Source: an uncultured Christensenellaceae bacterium (GTDB taxonomy: Bacteria > Bacillota > Clostridia > Christensenellales > UBA3700). Taken from it: a DNA stretch of 64,000 nucleotides. The notes under the pieces are model-generated. The model was not told where the DNA came from, ran no database searches, and saw nothing but the letters and a program-made list of their open reading frames with translations. The stretch is from contig CAJUOK010000005.1 of NCBI GenBank assembly GCA_910588015.1, positions 45,610-109,609 of the forward strand. The letters run 5' to 3'. The position numbers and the translations under genes were made by a program. Shown piece by piece: positions 54,985 through 64,000 of the stretch (within the stretch, counting starts at the first letter, position 1; each line of letters begins with the position of its first letter).

Positions 54985-57504
54985 ATGAAAATTTCACTCA
55001 ACGGTCAATGGTCGTTCAATATGTCCAACAACGACAAGATTTACAATGCAAAAGTTCCTGGCGATGTATTCTCCGATTTGGTTGCCAACGATGTTATACC
55101 CGACCCTCTTATAGGTCTGAACGAAGACCTAGTTCAATGGGTGGGCAAAAACGACTGGGATTACTGCAGAACCTTCGAAATAACGCAAGACGCGCTTAAA
55201 TACGATTTCGCGGAGCTCAACTGCGAAATGCTCGACACTCTTGCGGACGTATATATAAACGGCAAAAAAATAGCAAGCGTAAAAAACATAAACAGACATT
55301 ATGCCTGGAATATTAAAGATTTGTTGAAAATAGGCGAAAACACAATCAAAATAAGTTTTCATTCGCCGCTTGCTTACATAGCGGCAAAACATCAAATTCA
55401 CAAACTGCCCAACAGCACTTTAGGAGAAGCCGGCTCTTGCCATATAAGAAAAAGCCCGTATCATTTCGGTTGGGACTGGGGTCCGCATCTTCTCACCTGC
55501 GGAATATCTGGAGATTGTTATATAGAATGTTACGACGTATGCAAAATAACGCGTCTAGACATCAAACAACATCATACGGAAAACAAAGTTGCTCTTGATA
55601 TAAAAACCTATCTGTCCAACGATAAATCGCTTAATACGGAATACGTAATATCTTATAAAGGGACTGAAATTTGCAGAAAAACAGGCGATAATTCCGCTAC
55701 TCTCGAGGTTGAAAACCCGCAGATTTGGTGGTGCAACAATATGGGCGCTCAACCGCTTTACGACCTCGACGTAACGGTATACGACGGCGACAAACCAATT
55801 GCGACAAAATCGCAAAAAATAGGGCTGCGCGTGATTACGCTCGACAACAATATCGACGAAATAGGTCGCAATTTCTGTTTTTATATCAACGGACGCAAGA
55901 TATTCGCAAGAGGCGCAAACTGGATTCCTGCAGACAGCTTTATAAACAACGTTAGCGACGAGAAACTGTACGACCTGCTCTATAAAGCAAAAGCGTGCAA
56001 TATGAATATGATAAGAGTCTGGGGAGGCGGATATTACGAAAGCGACAGATTCTATAATATGTGCGACGAATTGGGACTTTTGGTATGGCAAGATTTCAAT
56101 TTCGCTTGCTCCCCTTATCCTTTTGACGACAGCGAATTCCTTGACGAAGTGCTCGCCGAAGTCGAAGACAACGTATTGAGACTCAAAAACCACGCTTGTC
56201 TTTGCCTGTGGGCGGGAAATAACGAAATCGAATCTATGTCTATGGCGTGGCTCAACAGGCAAAAGGTAATCAAAGATTGCGGCAACTTCTTCTATAAAAT
56301 TCTGCCAGAGCATCTTGCTCCCCTCGACGACAATACTCCTTATTGGGCGTGCACTCCCTCGAGCGGCGAATATATGAAAAATATCAACAGCTGCGACAAA
56401 GGAGACACGCATTTGTGGCACGTTTGGCACGGACTGCGAAAGCTCGAATATTATAAAGGTATGCCTACGAGATTTTGCAGCGAATTCGGAATAGAATCCC
56501 TGCCCTCTCTCAACGCTATCGAAAAGTTCAGCGACGGACACGAATATACAAGCGTGCACTGTCAGCTAGCAAAAGCTCATCAAAAATGTATCGGAGGCAA
56601 CGGCAAAATCAAATATTATATGCTATCTAAATTTTGGTCGCCCAAAGTATTCGAAGACACCGTTTATCTCTCGCAACTCACACAGGCTCTGTGCGTTAAA
56701 AATGCAACGGAGGGTTGGAGAATCAATCCGAGATGTCACGGTGCGCTTTATTGGCAATATAACGACTGTTGGGGAGTAAATTCTTGGTCGGGTATGGATT
56801 ATTACGGCAATATGAAAGCTCTGCAATACTGCGCAAAAAGATTTAATCAAAACAACATATTGGTTTTCCAAAGACAGGACGACGTTATGAATATACTCTT
56901 CGTAAACGATTGCGCAACTACTGTTAAAACCAAAATCAAATGCGGAGTCAAAACCTATGGCGGCGAAACGCTCAACGAATTGACGAATACAGTGGAACTT
57001 GATGCAGACCACGTCGGAAAAGTAGCAAAAATAGACCTCAAAAACGTATTGAAAAAACGCAAAGAAAAAACTTGTTACGTCTATGCCGTCGCATACGATA
57101 TGAACAATAATATCATATGCGAAGAAACTCTGCCGCTTACCGACGAAAATAAAGTCAAGCTGCCAAAAACGCAATTGACCTACAACCTGTCTATATCGGG
57201 AAATAAAGTAAAAATGGATATAACTTCAAGCGACTATGCGCGCTTTGTCGAGATTAGACTAAAAGGATATTCTTCTATGCTCTCCGACAACTATTTCGAC
57301 TTGTTGCCAAATCAAACCAAAAGCGTGTATTTCGACTTGCCGGAAAACGAAACTTTGGAAAGCATTAAAGAAAAAATCACTTTGCGTTCGCTGTGCGACA
57401 TCGAAAAGAAACACTCTAGACTGCGCGACAAACTTGATAAAGGCGCAATATTCTGGAATCCCGTCAACCTTGCAAATTATATCGCAAGAACTTTTGACAA
57501 ATAG
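54985..57504 (+). CDS. GH2 beta-mannosidase
   Basis: 839 aa with the blocks NMIRVWGGGYYE, WQDFNFAC, WAGNNE (acid/base Glu) and CSEFG (nucleophile Glu), typical of GH2 beta-mannosidases. Confidence 0.85.
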   Translation: MKISLNGQWSFNMSNNDKIYNAKVPGDVFSDLVANDVIPDPLIGLNEDLVQWVGKNDWDYCRTFEITQDALKYDFAELNCEMLDTLADVYINGKKIASVKNINRHYAWNIKDLLKIGENTIKISFHSPLAYIAAKHQIHKLPNSTLGEAGSCHIRKSPYHFGWDWGPHLLTCGISGDCYIECYDVCKITRLDIKQHHTENKVALDIKTYLSNDKSLNTEYVISYKGTEICRKTGDNSATLEVENPQIWWCNNMGAQPLYDLDVTVYDGDKPIATKSQKIGLRVITLDNNIDEIGRNFCFYINGRKIFARGANWIPADSFINNVSDEKLYDLLYKAKACNMNMIRVWGGGYYESDRFYNMCDELGLLVWQDFNFACSPYPFDDSEFLDEVLAEVEDNVLRLKNHACLCLWAGNNEIESMSMAWLNRQKVIKDCGNFFYKILPEHLAPLDDNTPYWACTPSSGEYMKNINSCDKGDTHLWHVWHGLRKLEYYKGMPTRFCSEFGIESLPSLNAIEKFSDGHEYTSVHCQLAKAHQKCIGGNGKIKYYMLSKFWSPKVFEDTVYLSQLTQALCVKNATEGWRINPRCHGALYWQYNDCWGVNSWSGMDYYGNMKALQYCAKRFNQNNILVFQRQDDVMNILFVNDCATTVKTKIKCGVKTYGGETLNELTNTVELDADHVGKVAKIDLKNVLKKRKEKTCYVYAVAYDMNNNIICEETLPLTDENKVKLPKTQLTYNLSISGNKVKMDITSSDYARFVEIRLKGYSSMLSDNYFDLLPNQTKSVYFDLPENETLESIKEKITLRSLCDIEKKHSRLRDKLDKGAIFWNPVNLANYIARTFDK

Positions 57505-57522
57505 TCTTTGTAAATGCCAATC

Positions 57523-57556
57523 AAAAGCGGACCTGATAAAAAAGGTTCGCTTTTTT
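57523..57556 (+). terminator. Rho-independent terminator
   Basis: Stem AAAAGCGGACC / GGTTCGCTTTT (one G-U pair) followed by a T-run. Confidence 0.75.
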
Positions 57557-57621
57557 AATTTTAATTAAACTTATGTTTTTATTATCCGTATATTTTCATT
57601 AAACATTGCAATAATCAAAGT

Positions 57622-59097
57622 ATGCTAAATTACCAAGAAGAATTTGATAAAATAACCGCAGAGTTCGGCGGAACTTGCGACTTGCGAAAAATAGAGCTGA
57701 ATATATGCGGAAAACAAGCTTGTTTTTTCTATATAGACGGCTATATCGACACTTTGCTTTTTGAAGACAACATTCTCTCTCCTCTCAAAAACTTGCAGGG
57801 AGATATGCAAGTGTCTATGGACCTGCTAAATAAAAATACGCAGATGACCACTCCGATAGAAGAACTCACCGACACTGCAAAAGCAATTGAAAATATTTCC
57901 TGCGGAGAAATAATATTGCTTGCCGAGAGCGCGCAATGCTTTTTTAAATACAGCGAAAAAAAGTATCAATTACGCGCCGTCGCAGAGCCTCCCGTTTCTA
58001 CTGTTTTGAGAGGACCGCGCGAAGGCTTTATCGAAGATTTGAAGACAAATATGTTTTTGATTCGCCGCAGATTGGCGTCTCCCAAACTTACTTTTGAATT
58101 AATGAGCGTCGGTAAATATACACAAACCAAAGTGGCAATTGCCTTTATTGACGGTGTCGCCGACCAAAATATAGTAGACCGAATCAAAACTCAAGTCAAA
58201 AACATAAATATAGACGGCGTAATCGAATCGTCGTATATTGCAAGATATCTCGAAGAAAACAAGTTTTCGCTATTTTCGCACGTCGGAGCGAGCGAAAAGC
58301 CAGATACTGTAACGGGCAAGCTTCTCGAAGGAAGAGTCGCTATTTTAGTAGACGGTTCTCCGTCGGTACTTACGCTTCCTTTCCTTATGTACGAAAACTT
58401 CCAAATGAGCGAAGATTATTATATTAAAAGCTATCGCGCTTCGATGGTGAGAATAATCAGACTTTTTGCCGTTATTTTCTCTATATTAATGCCGGGCATT
58501 TATGTAGCTCTGCAAGAACATCAATATCAGCTTTTTCCTATAAAATATCTTGTGTCGGTGTTGGGCAAGATATCCAATATCCCACTCTCGCCCACTCTTG
58601 AAATGCTGCTCGTGCTTGTGATATTTGAAATTCTCAACGAGACTTCTATCCGTATGCCGAGATACGTCAGTATGGCTTTGTCCGTGGTGGGCGCAATCAT
58701 ACTCGGCGAAGCAGCCGTTACAGCTGGACTGTTTTCTATATCTGCCGTCATAATCGTGGCTATATCGACAGTGGGACTATATTGCGTGCCCGACGAAATA
58801 AATTCGTCAAACATACTGCGTTTCGGTTTTGTAGCCGTCGGCGGAGTGTTGGGCGTCGCGGGCATTTTGCTTGGAATTGCGGGACTGATAGCGTATATGT
58901 GTTCTATCAATAGCTACGGCGTGTCGTATATGTCGCCTTTTGCTCCCTCGATTGTACACGATTGGCAAGACGGACCTCTCAAAGCTCAATTGCAGGAATT
59001 CGGAGAACGTCCCTATTCCATTCCTACAAGTAACCGTACGCGTCAACGTACCCAAATTGCCGATAACAAAGAAAATAATGAACAAAACGATAGGTGA
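57622..59097 (+). CDS. Spore germination receptor A subunit (GerA family)
   Basis: 491 aa. Soluble N-terminal part with RGPREGF.E, then a C-terminal 4-5 TM region. Followed by B- and C-type subunits. Confidence 0.85.
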   Translation: MLNYQEEFDKITAEFGGTCDLRKIELNICGKQACFFYIDGYIDTLLFEDNILSPLKNLQGDMQVSMDLLNKNTQMTTPIEELTDTAKAIENISCGEIILLAESAQCFFKYSEKKYQLRAVAEPPVSTVLRGPREGFIEDLKTNMFLIRRRLASPKLTFELMSVGKYTQTKVAIAFIDGVADQNIVDRIKTQVKNINIDGVIESSYIARYLEENKFSLFSHVGASEKPDTVTGKLLEGRVAILVDGSPSVLTLPFLMYENFQMSEDYYIKSYRASMVRIIRLFAVIFSILMPGIYVALQEHQYQLFPIKYLVSVLGKISNIPLSPTLEMLLVLVIFEILNETSIRMPRYVSMALSVVGAIILGEAAVTAGLFSISAVIIVAISTVGLYCVPDEINSSNILRFGFVAVGGVLGVAGILLGIAGLIAYMCSINSYGVSYMSPFAPSIVHDWQDGPLKAQLQEFGERPYSIPTSNRTRQRTQIADNKENNEQNDR

Positions 59098-59100
59098 ACT

Positions 59101-60246
59101 ATGCAGGAAAATCAAAATAACAAAATCTATGAAGAACAATTTTTACTGCTGGCATTTATATCAGTAGTCACCTTTAAAATCGTTATGCTGCCGCAATATT
59201 TCATAAAAACCGCTTCAAATAACAGCTATATGATAATGGCTTATTTGATAGCTGTGGAAATTATGATGCTTGCCATAGTATACGGAATAGTCAAAAACGG
59301 CTCTTTGCTTGAACAAAATATTCCTAAATGGCTCAAAGGTATATTCGCCTTGCTTGTCTTCTCCTCTTCCGTAATAAAAGCAACTGTGTTGGGAAGCGAA
59401 GGAGTAGCTTATATTGCCACATCCCTTTACGACAACGTAAGTTGGACCTTCGTCACGTTGGCATTATTGCTTACCTGCGTATATTTGGCTCAAAAAGGCG
59501 GAAAAGTCATTGCTAGGTCCGCTCAACTATTCTTTTGGATAATTGCTTTCGCTATGTTATTTTATCTTATATTTTCCAATTTGAATCTTGAGTTATTAAA
59601 TCTTATGCCTTTCAAGATATCAGGCGATTTGGCTGTTGCAGGAGATAAATATTTGATATGGTTCGGCGATTTTACTCCGTTGCTTTTCGTAAGCGTCACG
59701 CCTTCGAGAAACCGCGGGAAAAAACGATTAGGCTTTTGGACGGCGGCGGCAGTTGTAGGCACACTTGTCTGCACTGTGGGATTGATGGTTATTTTTATAA
59801 GCACCTTCGGAGACGCCGGTCAAGTAATAGGCAACGCCTTTTTGAATGTCTCTTCGCTAAATAGAATTTCTTTTATGATAGGCTCTGCAGACTTGCCGAC
59901 TGTTTTGAGTTGGCTCGTTATGTGCGTTATTAAATTCTCGCTGCTTTTATTTGCTATGACAGAATGCGCTAAATTCTTTTTCGGGAAAAAAGCCTGGGTT
60001 TCGGTAATATGCGGCGTAATAATATATTTTATTATCTGCTACGGTATAGGAAATCTCAAAACAAATTACGATTTGGCGACCAGTTGGTTGAGGTATTTTG
60101 CATTCTTTGCGGAATTCATTGTTACTATAGCCGCGTATATAGCGATGAGAATATGCGAAAAGAAGAATCAAAACAACCAGCCGTCGGAATGTAATAACGC
60201 AGACAATTGCCCTGCTCAAACCGACCAATTGCAAGGAGAGATATGA
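59101..60246 (+). CDS. Spore germination receptor B subunit (APC-like permease)
   Basis: 381-aa, ~10-TM ORF 3 nt after the A subunit. Confidence 0.8.
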   Translation: MQENQNNKIYEEQFLLLAFISVVTFKIVMLPQYFIKTASNNSYMIMAYLIAVEIMMLAIVYGIVKNGSLLEQNIPKWLKGIFALLVFSSSVIKATVLGSEGVAYIATSLYDNVSWTFVTLALLLTCVYLAQKGGKVIARSAQLFFWIIAFAMLFYLIFSNLNLELLNLMPFKISGDLAVAGDKYLIWFGDFTPLLFVSVTPSRNRGKKRLGFWTAAAVVGTLVCTVGLMVIFISTFGDAGQVIGNAFLNVSSLNRISFMIGSADLPTVLSWLVMCVIKFSLLLFAMTECAKFFFGKKAWVSVICGVIIYFIICYGIGNLKTNYDLATSWLRYFAFFAEFIVTIAAYIAMRICEKKNQNNQPSECNNADNCPAQTDQLQGEI

Positions 60247-61298
60247 AAAAACATAGTTTCGTCAGTAAAAAATGGCTTGTAATAACGTTGATACTCATTG
60301 TACTCGTAACTTTTTCCGTTCTCGAAGAACAAAAAAACGTCAGCACTCGGTCTATTGTGTTGGCTATGTCGCTAGATTGGAAAAACGACGAATACGAACT
60401 TGGAATACAACTGCTTAAAACAGACTCGCAGGACAAACAGGAATTTATCACATATATGAGCACGGGCAAACATTTGACGGATATACTCGAAAATCTTACG
60501 CACGACACCGGCGGCGCAATTTCGCTTTGTCACACTACCGTCCTTATACTCGGCAATGATTTGCTTACTAAAGACGGAGAAAAGGCAATGAGATTTTTTG
60601 TCCAAAATGAAGAACTCTGCAATAATACTATGATAGTGGCAAGCAAGGGCTCTCCGTTGGAAGCAATGTCGGCAAAGCTGTCAAACGGACAAGGCGGCGG
60701 TTATTATTTGGGCGGAGTGCTTCGTAATATGACAAAAGACCTCGGTATAATTCCTATGACTATCAAAGATTATATCAAAAACAGATATCGCATAGGCGGC
60801 TGCGTCTATCTGCCCTGCGTCAGCGTGGAAAAAACAGGAGAAACCACTTATCTCAGCCTCAAAGAAAGCATAGTTACAGATTGCTGCAAATCGGTAATAC
60901 TTTCGGAAACTGCAACAAAAGGATTGAGTTTGGTGCTTAACAAACTCAAAAGCGGCGAACTGTCTTATCAATACGATAATAAAATGGGTGAAGTAGATAT
61001 TGTCAAGACTAGCTCGGATATCAAAGTCGAACAGGATAAAGCAAAGCTAAAAATTAAAGCAAAGCTTAACGATAAAGCTTACATCCCCGATAATATCGAC
61101 GAAAAAAGAAGCGTCGAAGTTCTTACCGAAAATATAACGAAATATGTGGAAGAATGTTTTTCGATTTGCCGCCAAGAAGGGTTGGACGTCTTTTTCCTAG
61201 GTCAACGGGCGTACGCTCAAGGCAAAGATTATTATGAACAAAGCGATTTTTTGGATAAAATCAAATTGGAAATACAAGTGGATATATCTATGAAATAA
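60243..61298 (+). CDS. Spore germination receptor C subunit (Ger(x)C family)
   Basis: Start at MKKHSF (60243), ATGA overlap with the B subunit. Size and position fit GerxC. Its N-terminal hydrophobic segment lacks a lipobox Cys, so it may be TM-anchored. Confidence 0.7.
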   Translation: MKKHSFVSKKWLVITLILIVLVTFSVLEEQKNVSTRSIVLAMSLDWKNDEYELGIQLLKTDSQDKQEFITYMSTGKHLTDILENLTHDTGGAISLCHTTVLILGNDLLTKDGEKAMRFFVQNEELCNNTMIVASKGSPLEAMSAKLSNGQGGGYYLGGVLRNMTKDLGIIPMTIKDYIKNRYRIGGCVYLPCVSVEKTGETTYLSLKESIVTDCCKSVILSETATKGLSLVLNKLKSGELSYQYDNKMGEVDIVKTSSDIKVEQDKAKLKIKAKLNDKAYIPDNIDEKRSVEVLTENITKYVEECFSICRQEGLDVFFLGQRAYAQGKDYYEQSDFLDKIKLEIQVDISMK

Positions 61299-61304
61299 AA
61301 AAAT

Positions 61305-61340
61305 AATCGGATTGTCAAACGAGCAATCCGATTTATTTTT
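61305..61340 (+). terminator. Rho-independent terminator
   Basis: 10-bp stem AATCGGATTG / CAATCCGATT followed by TATTTTT. Confidence 0.8.
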
Positions 61341-61368
61341 AAATTTGAGTCTTTGAGAGGCGTCAGCG

Positions 61369-62367
61369 TCATATTGCCCCGTCATTTCCGCGCACAGTTT
61401 GCATAAGATATTTTTTTGCTTCGATATACATATTCTTGGATTCTGATGTTTTATAAAACAAATGAAAACAGTGCAATCCCGGAAAAGTGCCGCAATAGGT
61501 CACGTATTGTTTGCCCAATTCGTCAAGTTTTTTAAGCAAAGCCAAGTGATGTCTGCCTACGAAAATATCGTTTTTACCGTAAGAAATAAACACGTTTTGC
61601 GGAAAATCAGCGTCTATCCACGGTATTGTATACAGCATATCTTTGTATTCATATTCGTCTATAAAACTCAATTCTTTGCCTGTCATATCCTTTATGATAT
61701 CGGTCGCCATAGGATTTTTGAATAAATCGTCAAAATCAAAAGCTCCGCAATTCAGAAGAGCGCCTTTAATTTTGAATCTTACCGGTTTTACTCCCAGCCT
61801 CGCAAGAAATTGTTTGTTGTGCAAAACCGCGCTAACTTGACAGGCTATCTGTCCGCCTGCCGAATCCCCCATTATGAAAACGTTGTCAAGGTCGAGTTTG
61901 TATTCTTCGGCATTGTGTTCCAACCAACGCAACGCCAAGAAAATATGTCTCAAAGATTGGTGAAATCTATATTTTGGACTCAATCCGTAATTGAGATTTA
62001 TCACGCAAGTGCCCATATCGGCAAAAATTCTGCCCTGCGCAACTCTCCAACGCTTGTCGCCCGTCACCCAACCGCCGCCGTGCACGTTGATAATAACGGG
62101 CAATTTGGCGTCAACCACAAGCTCGGGCTTAAATAGGTCAAGCATACATACGTCCGCTTCCGCAGGACAATATATTACGTCCGTTACCTCGTGTATTTTA
62201 TTGCTGCTTTTATAATTATTGGTAACAAAGCTCTTGACGCTGTCGTCTATGTCAAACACGATTTTGGCAAGCTTTGACGTGCTGATTTTGATTTTTCTTG
62301 CCTTTTGTCTTTTATCTCGGTTTTCTTTTCGAACGTCTTTGTTATGCAATCTCTCTTCTTTAGACAT
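61369..62367 (-). CDS. Alpha/beta-hydrolase fold-3 esterase (acetyl-esterase-like)
   Basis: Oxyanion block NVHGGGW and nucleophile elbow GDSAGG. About 40 aa of strongly basic N-terminal extension. Confidence 0.8.
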   Translation of the reverse strand: MSKEERLHNKDVRKENRDKRQKARKIKISTSKLAKIVFDIDDSVKSFVTNNYKSSNKIHEVTDVIYCPAEADVCMLDLFKPELVVDAKLPVIINVHGGGWVTGDKRWRVAQGRIFADMGTCVINLNYGLSPKYRFHQSLRHIFLALRWLEHNAEEYKLDLDNVFIMGDSAGGQIACQVSAVLHNKQFLARLGVKPVRFKIKGALLNCGAFDFDDLFKNPMATDIIKDMTGKELSFIDEYEYKDMLYTIPWIDADFPQNVFISYGKNDIFVGRHHLALLKKLDELGKQYVTYCGTFPGLHCFHLFYKTSESKNMYIEAKKYLMQTVRGNDGAI

Positions 62368-62382
62368 ATCTTCCTCAAAAAT

Positions 62383-63549
62383 TTAATTGATATTTTTTAA
62401 CGAATCTCTGTCTATAAGAATTCCGTCAAGCAAGGTTGCGCTTATCGTAAGGTCGTCGTTGAGTATGTTGATATCTCCTCTTTTCCCTACCGCAATATCT
62501 CCGATATCCTCTCTGTTTAAAAGCTTTGCCGGAGTCTTCGTACACATATCGATGCAATCTTCGAGAGGTATGCCTAAATTATACAAATTCGCCACCATCT
62601 TTGCAACGGGAGTGACCGAACCTGCATAGGTATTTAAATCTGGTAATACCGCAACTCCGTCGTCTATCCTTATTTTCTGCGCGCTTTCGCCGCTGCCAAG
62701 ATAATAATCGCCTTCGGGCATTCCCGAAACGCTCAATGAATCGGATACGAGACATATTCCGTCGGCTCCCTTAAGCTTATATATCATTTTGAACAACTCA
62801 TTGGGAACGTGTCTGTCGTCGGCAATAACCTCGTCCACTATTCTTTCGTCGACTAGACCTACTTCCGTAAGACCTAAATGTTTTTTAGGATTATCCCGTC
62901 TTGAAGGACGGGAAGTACAGTTGTACATATGAGTTACGCTGTTTGCCCCGTTTTCCACACAGGCATAAATTTCATCGTCGATACTGTCGTCGTGTCCCAT
63001 AGAAACCTGTATGCCTTTGGCAACGGCTTTTTTACAAAATTCAGCCGCTCCGTCGAGATTAGGCGCCAAAGTCACTCTTTTTACTATATCGGCATTGTCC
63101 CATACGAACGTCGAATCTTTTGTCGGCGATATCAAAAACTGCGGCGGATGCGCGCCTGCGCTTTTTTGCGCAAGATACGGTCCTTCCAAATGAACGCCCA
63201 ATATTCTTGAATATTTGTTGTGATATTTTCTTATATTTTCCAAAGATTTATTTATATCTTCTATACTTGCAGTCATTGTCGTCGGCGCAAAAGAAGTTGT
63301 GCCCGTATACAAATGATATCTGCAAATCGTATCGATAGCGTCAAAGCTCGGTTCCATACAATCTTTTCCCCAACCGCCGTGCGTATGAACGTCTATATAT
63401 CCTGCTGCGCAAATTTTGCCTTTAGCATCAAAAATTATACCCTCTTTTTTTTCTCCGATATCGGTAATGATACCGTCTTTTATTATCACGTTTGCATTTT
63501 GGAATTTGCCTTGAGTATATACTTTTGCATTTGTTACGGTAAGTATCAT
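62383..63549 (-). CDS. nagA: N-acetylglucosamine-6-phosphate deacetylase
   Basis: 388 aa with the amidohydrolase blocks GYIDVHTHGG, LEGPY and VTHMYN. Confidence 0.85.
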   Translation of the reverse strand: MILTVTNAKVYTQGKFQNANVIIKDGIITDIGEKKEGIIFDAKGKICAAGYIDVHTHGGWGKDCMEPSFDAIDTICRYHLYTGTTSFAPTTMTASIEDINKSLENIRKYHNKYSRILGVHLEGPYLAQKSAGAHPPQFLISPTKDSTFVWDNADIVKRVTLAPNLDGAAEFCKKAVAKGIQVSMGHDDSIDDEIYACVENGANSVTHMYNCTSRPSRRDNPKKHLGLTEVGLVDERIVDEVIADDRHVPNELFKMIYKLKGADGICLVSDSLSVSGMPEGDYYLGSGESAQKIRIDDGVAVLPDLNTYAGSVTPVAKMVANLYNLGIPLEDCIDMCTKTPAKLLNREDIGDIAVGKRGDINILNDDLTISATLLDGILIDRDSLKNIN

Positions 63550-63791
63550 TTCGAGCCTCTCTTTTTTGTAAAATTATCTATAGCTAAATTATATTGCTTT
63601 TTATTATGTATGTCAATATTTTGGCAAATTATTAGTTTTGGATATTCAAAGCCTTATTATATAGCAAATATTAACTTTTCGTGATAACGTCTGAATTTTA
63701 CATACAATATTTCACAAAAATTAAAATCTCTCTTTACAAAACGGAATTAATATATTATAATTAATTAGTAAAAAAAATAAAGAGGTGAATT

Positions 63792-64000
63792 ATGAAAACT
63801 TTTAAATCCAAAAAGTCCAAAGTCATAGCAACCTGTATGGCTGTCATAGCGGCAGTTTGTATCATTTGCGTTACTTTGGCAGGCTGTAAGTCTCCGCTTA
63901 TAGGCGACACAGCTCTCGGCGTTTATTTTGTCGGCGATTTTCAAGACAACATAGACGACGCAACTCTCCAGTCGATTACTAGAGACGGCGCAAACATCAT
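63792..64000 (+). CDS. Lipoprotein, 5' partial (runs off the window)
   Basis: ATG at 63792 after AGAGGTG. Signal peptide with lipobox LAGC. The ORF is open to the window end. Confidence 0.6.
   Translation, partial: MKTFKSKKSKVIATCMAVIAAVCIICVTLAGCKSPLIGDTALGVYFVGDFQDNIDDATLQSITRDGANI

Noticed and set aside
55555-56559. 334-aa ORF antisense to the GH2 beta-mannosidase gene. Similar long antisense ORFs lie at 38768-39811, 15389-16318, 10305-11069, 49064-49654 and 50114-50758.
   Set aside because: Each lies entirely inside a confidently assigned gene on the other strand. The translations are low-complexity (Phe/Val/Arg/Ile-rich) with no motifs or RBS. They are explained by the sense genes avoiding the codons whose complements are stop codons.
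1-64000. Search for rRNA, tRNA, CRISPR arrays, transposases, integrases, prophage genes, toxin-antitoxin pairs, restriction-modification or other recognisable defence systems.
   Set aside because: None was recognised on either strand. The only sizeable repeats are the gene duplications described above, and all large ORFs are accounted for by metabolic, envelope or germination functions.

Overview
Low-GC chromosomal segment that looks like a spore-forming Firmicutes/Clostridia genome: it has a gerA-type germination operon, a LoaP-like NusG paralog and several near-consensus sigma-A promoters. Left to right: a DUF45 metallohydrolase and a GH38 alpha-mannosidase. An orphan 777-aa surface protein. 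Two paralogous double-zinc-ribbon polytopic membrane proteins bracketing a small XRE regulator. A complete myo-inositol catabolic operon (iolJ-C-B-D-E-A-G, minus strand). A TM2 protein. A ~21.5-kb minus-strand cell-surface polysaccharide locus (40483 down to 19060). This locus carries an aminotransferase, a phosphoglycosyl transferase and a GT2, then a mid-locus NusG paralog behind a 332-bp leader. It continues with LicD plus two cytidylyltransferases, a Wzy-like protein, GT2s, rfbA/B/D/C and Wzx. It ends in an MBOAT module with two DltD-like/LRR fusion proteins. Further right: GH20 hexosaminidase, two small zinc-ribbon membrane proteins, a metallophosphoesterase-propeller protein plus GNAT, and thioredoxin. 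Then a secreted protein plus two tandem lipoproteins, rubrerythrin, and an amino-acid ABC transporter with a co-transcribed TrpR-like gene. Finally GH16, a metallophosphoesterase, GH2 beta-mannosidase, the ger operon, an esterase plus nagA, and a partial lipoprotein gene. I saw no rRNA, tRNA, CRISPR array, transposase, integrase or recognisable defence genes. The most interesting observations are: (1) the translationally coupled MBOAT module with mirror-image DltD-like/LRR partners; (2) a tandem-duplication scar with a 306-bp perfect repeat and a G7 tract in the rhamnosyltransferase-like GT2 pair; (3) the zinc-ribbon/8-TM paralogs with a shared promoter and an XRE gene; (4) an apparently circularly permuted solute-binding protein and an ABC ATPase with a large insertion; (5) a secreted protein followed by two lipoprotein paralogs. 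All functional calls come from motif recognition by eye; no searches were run.
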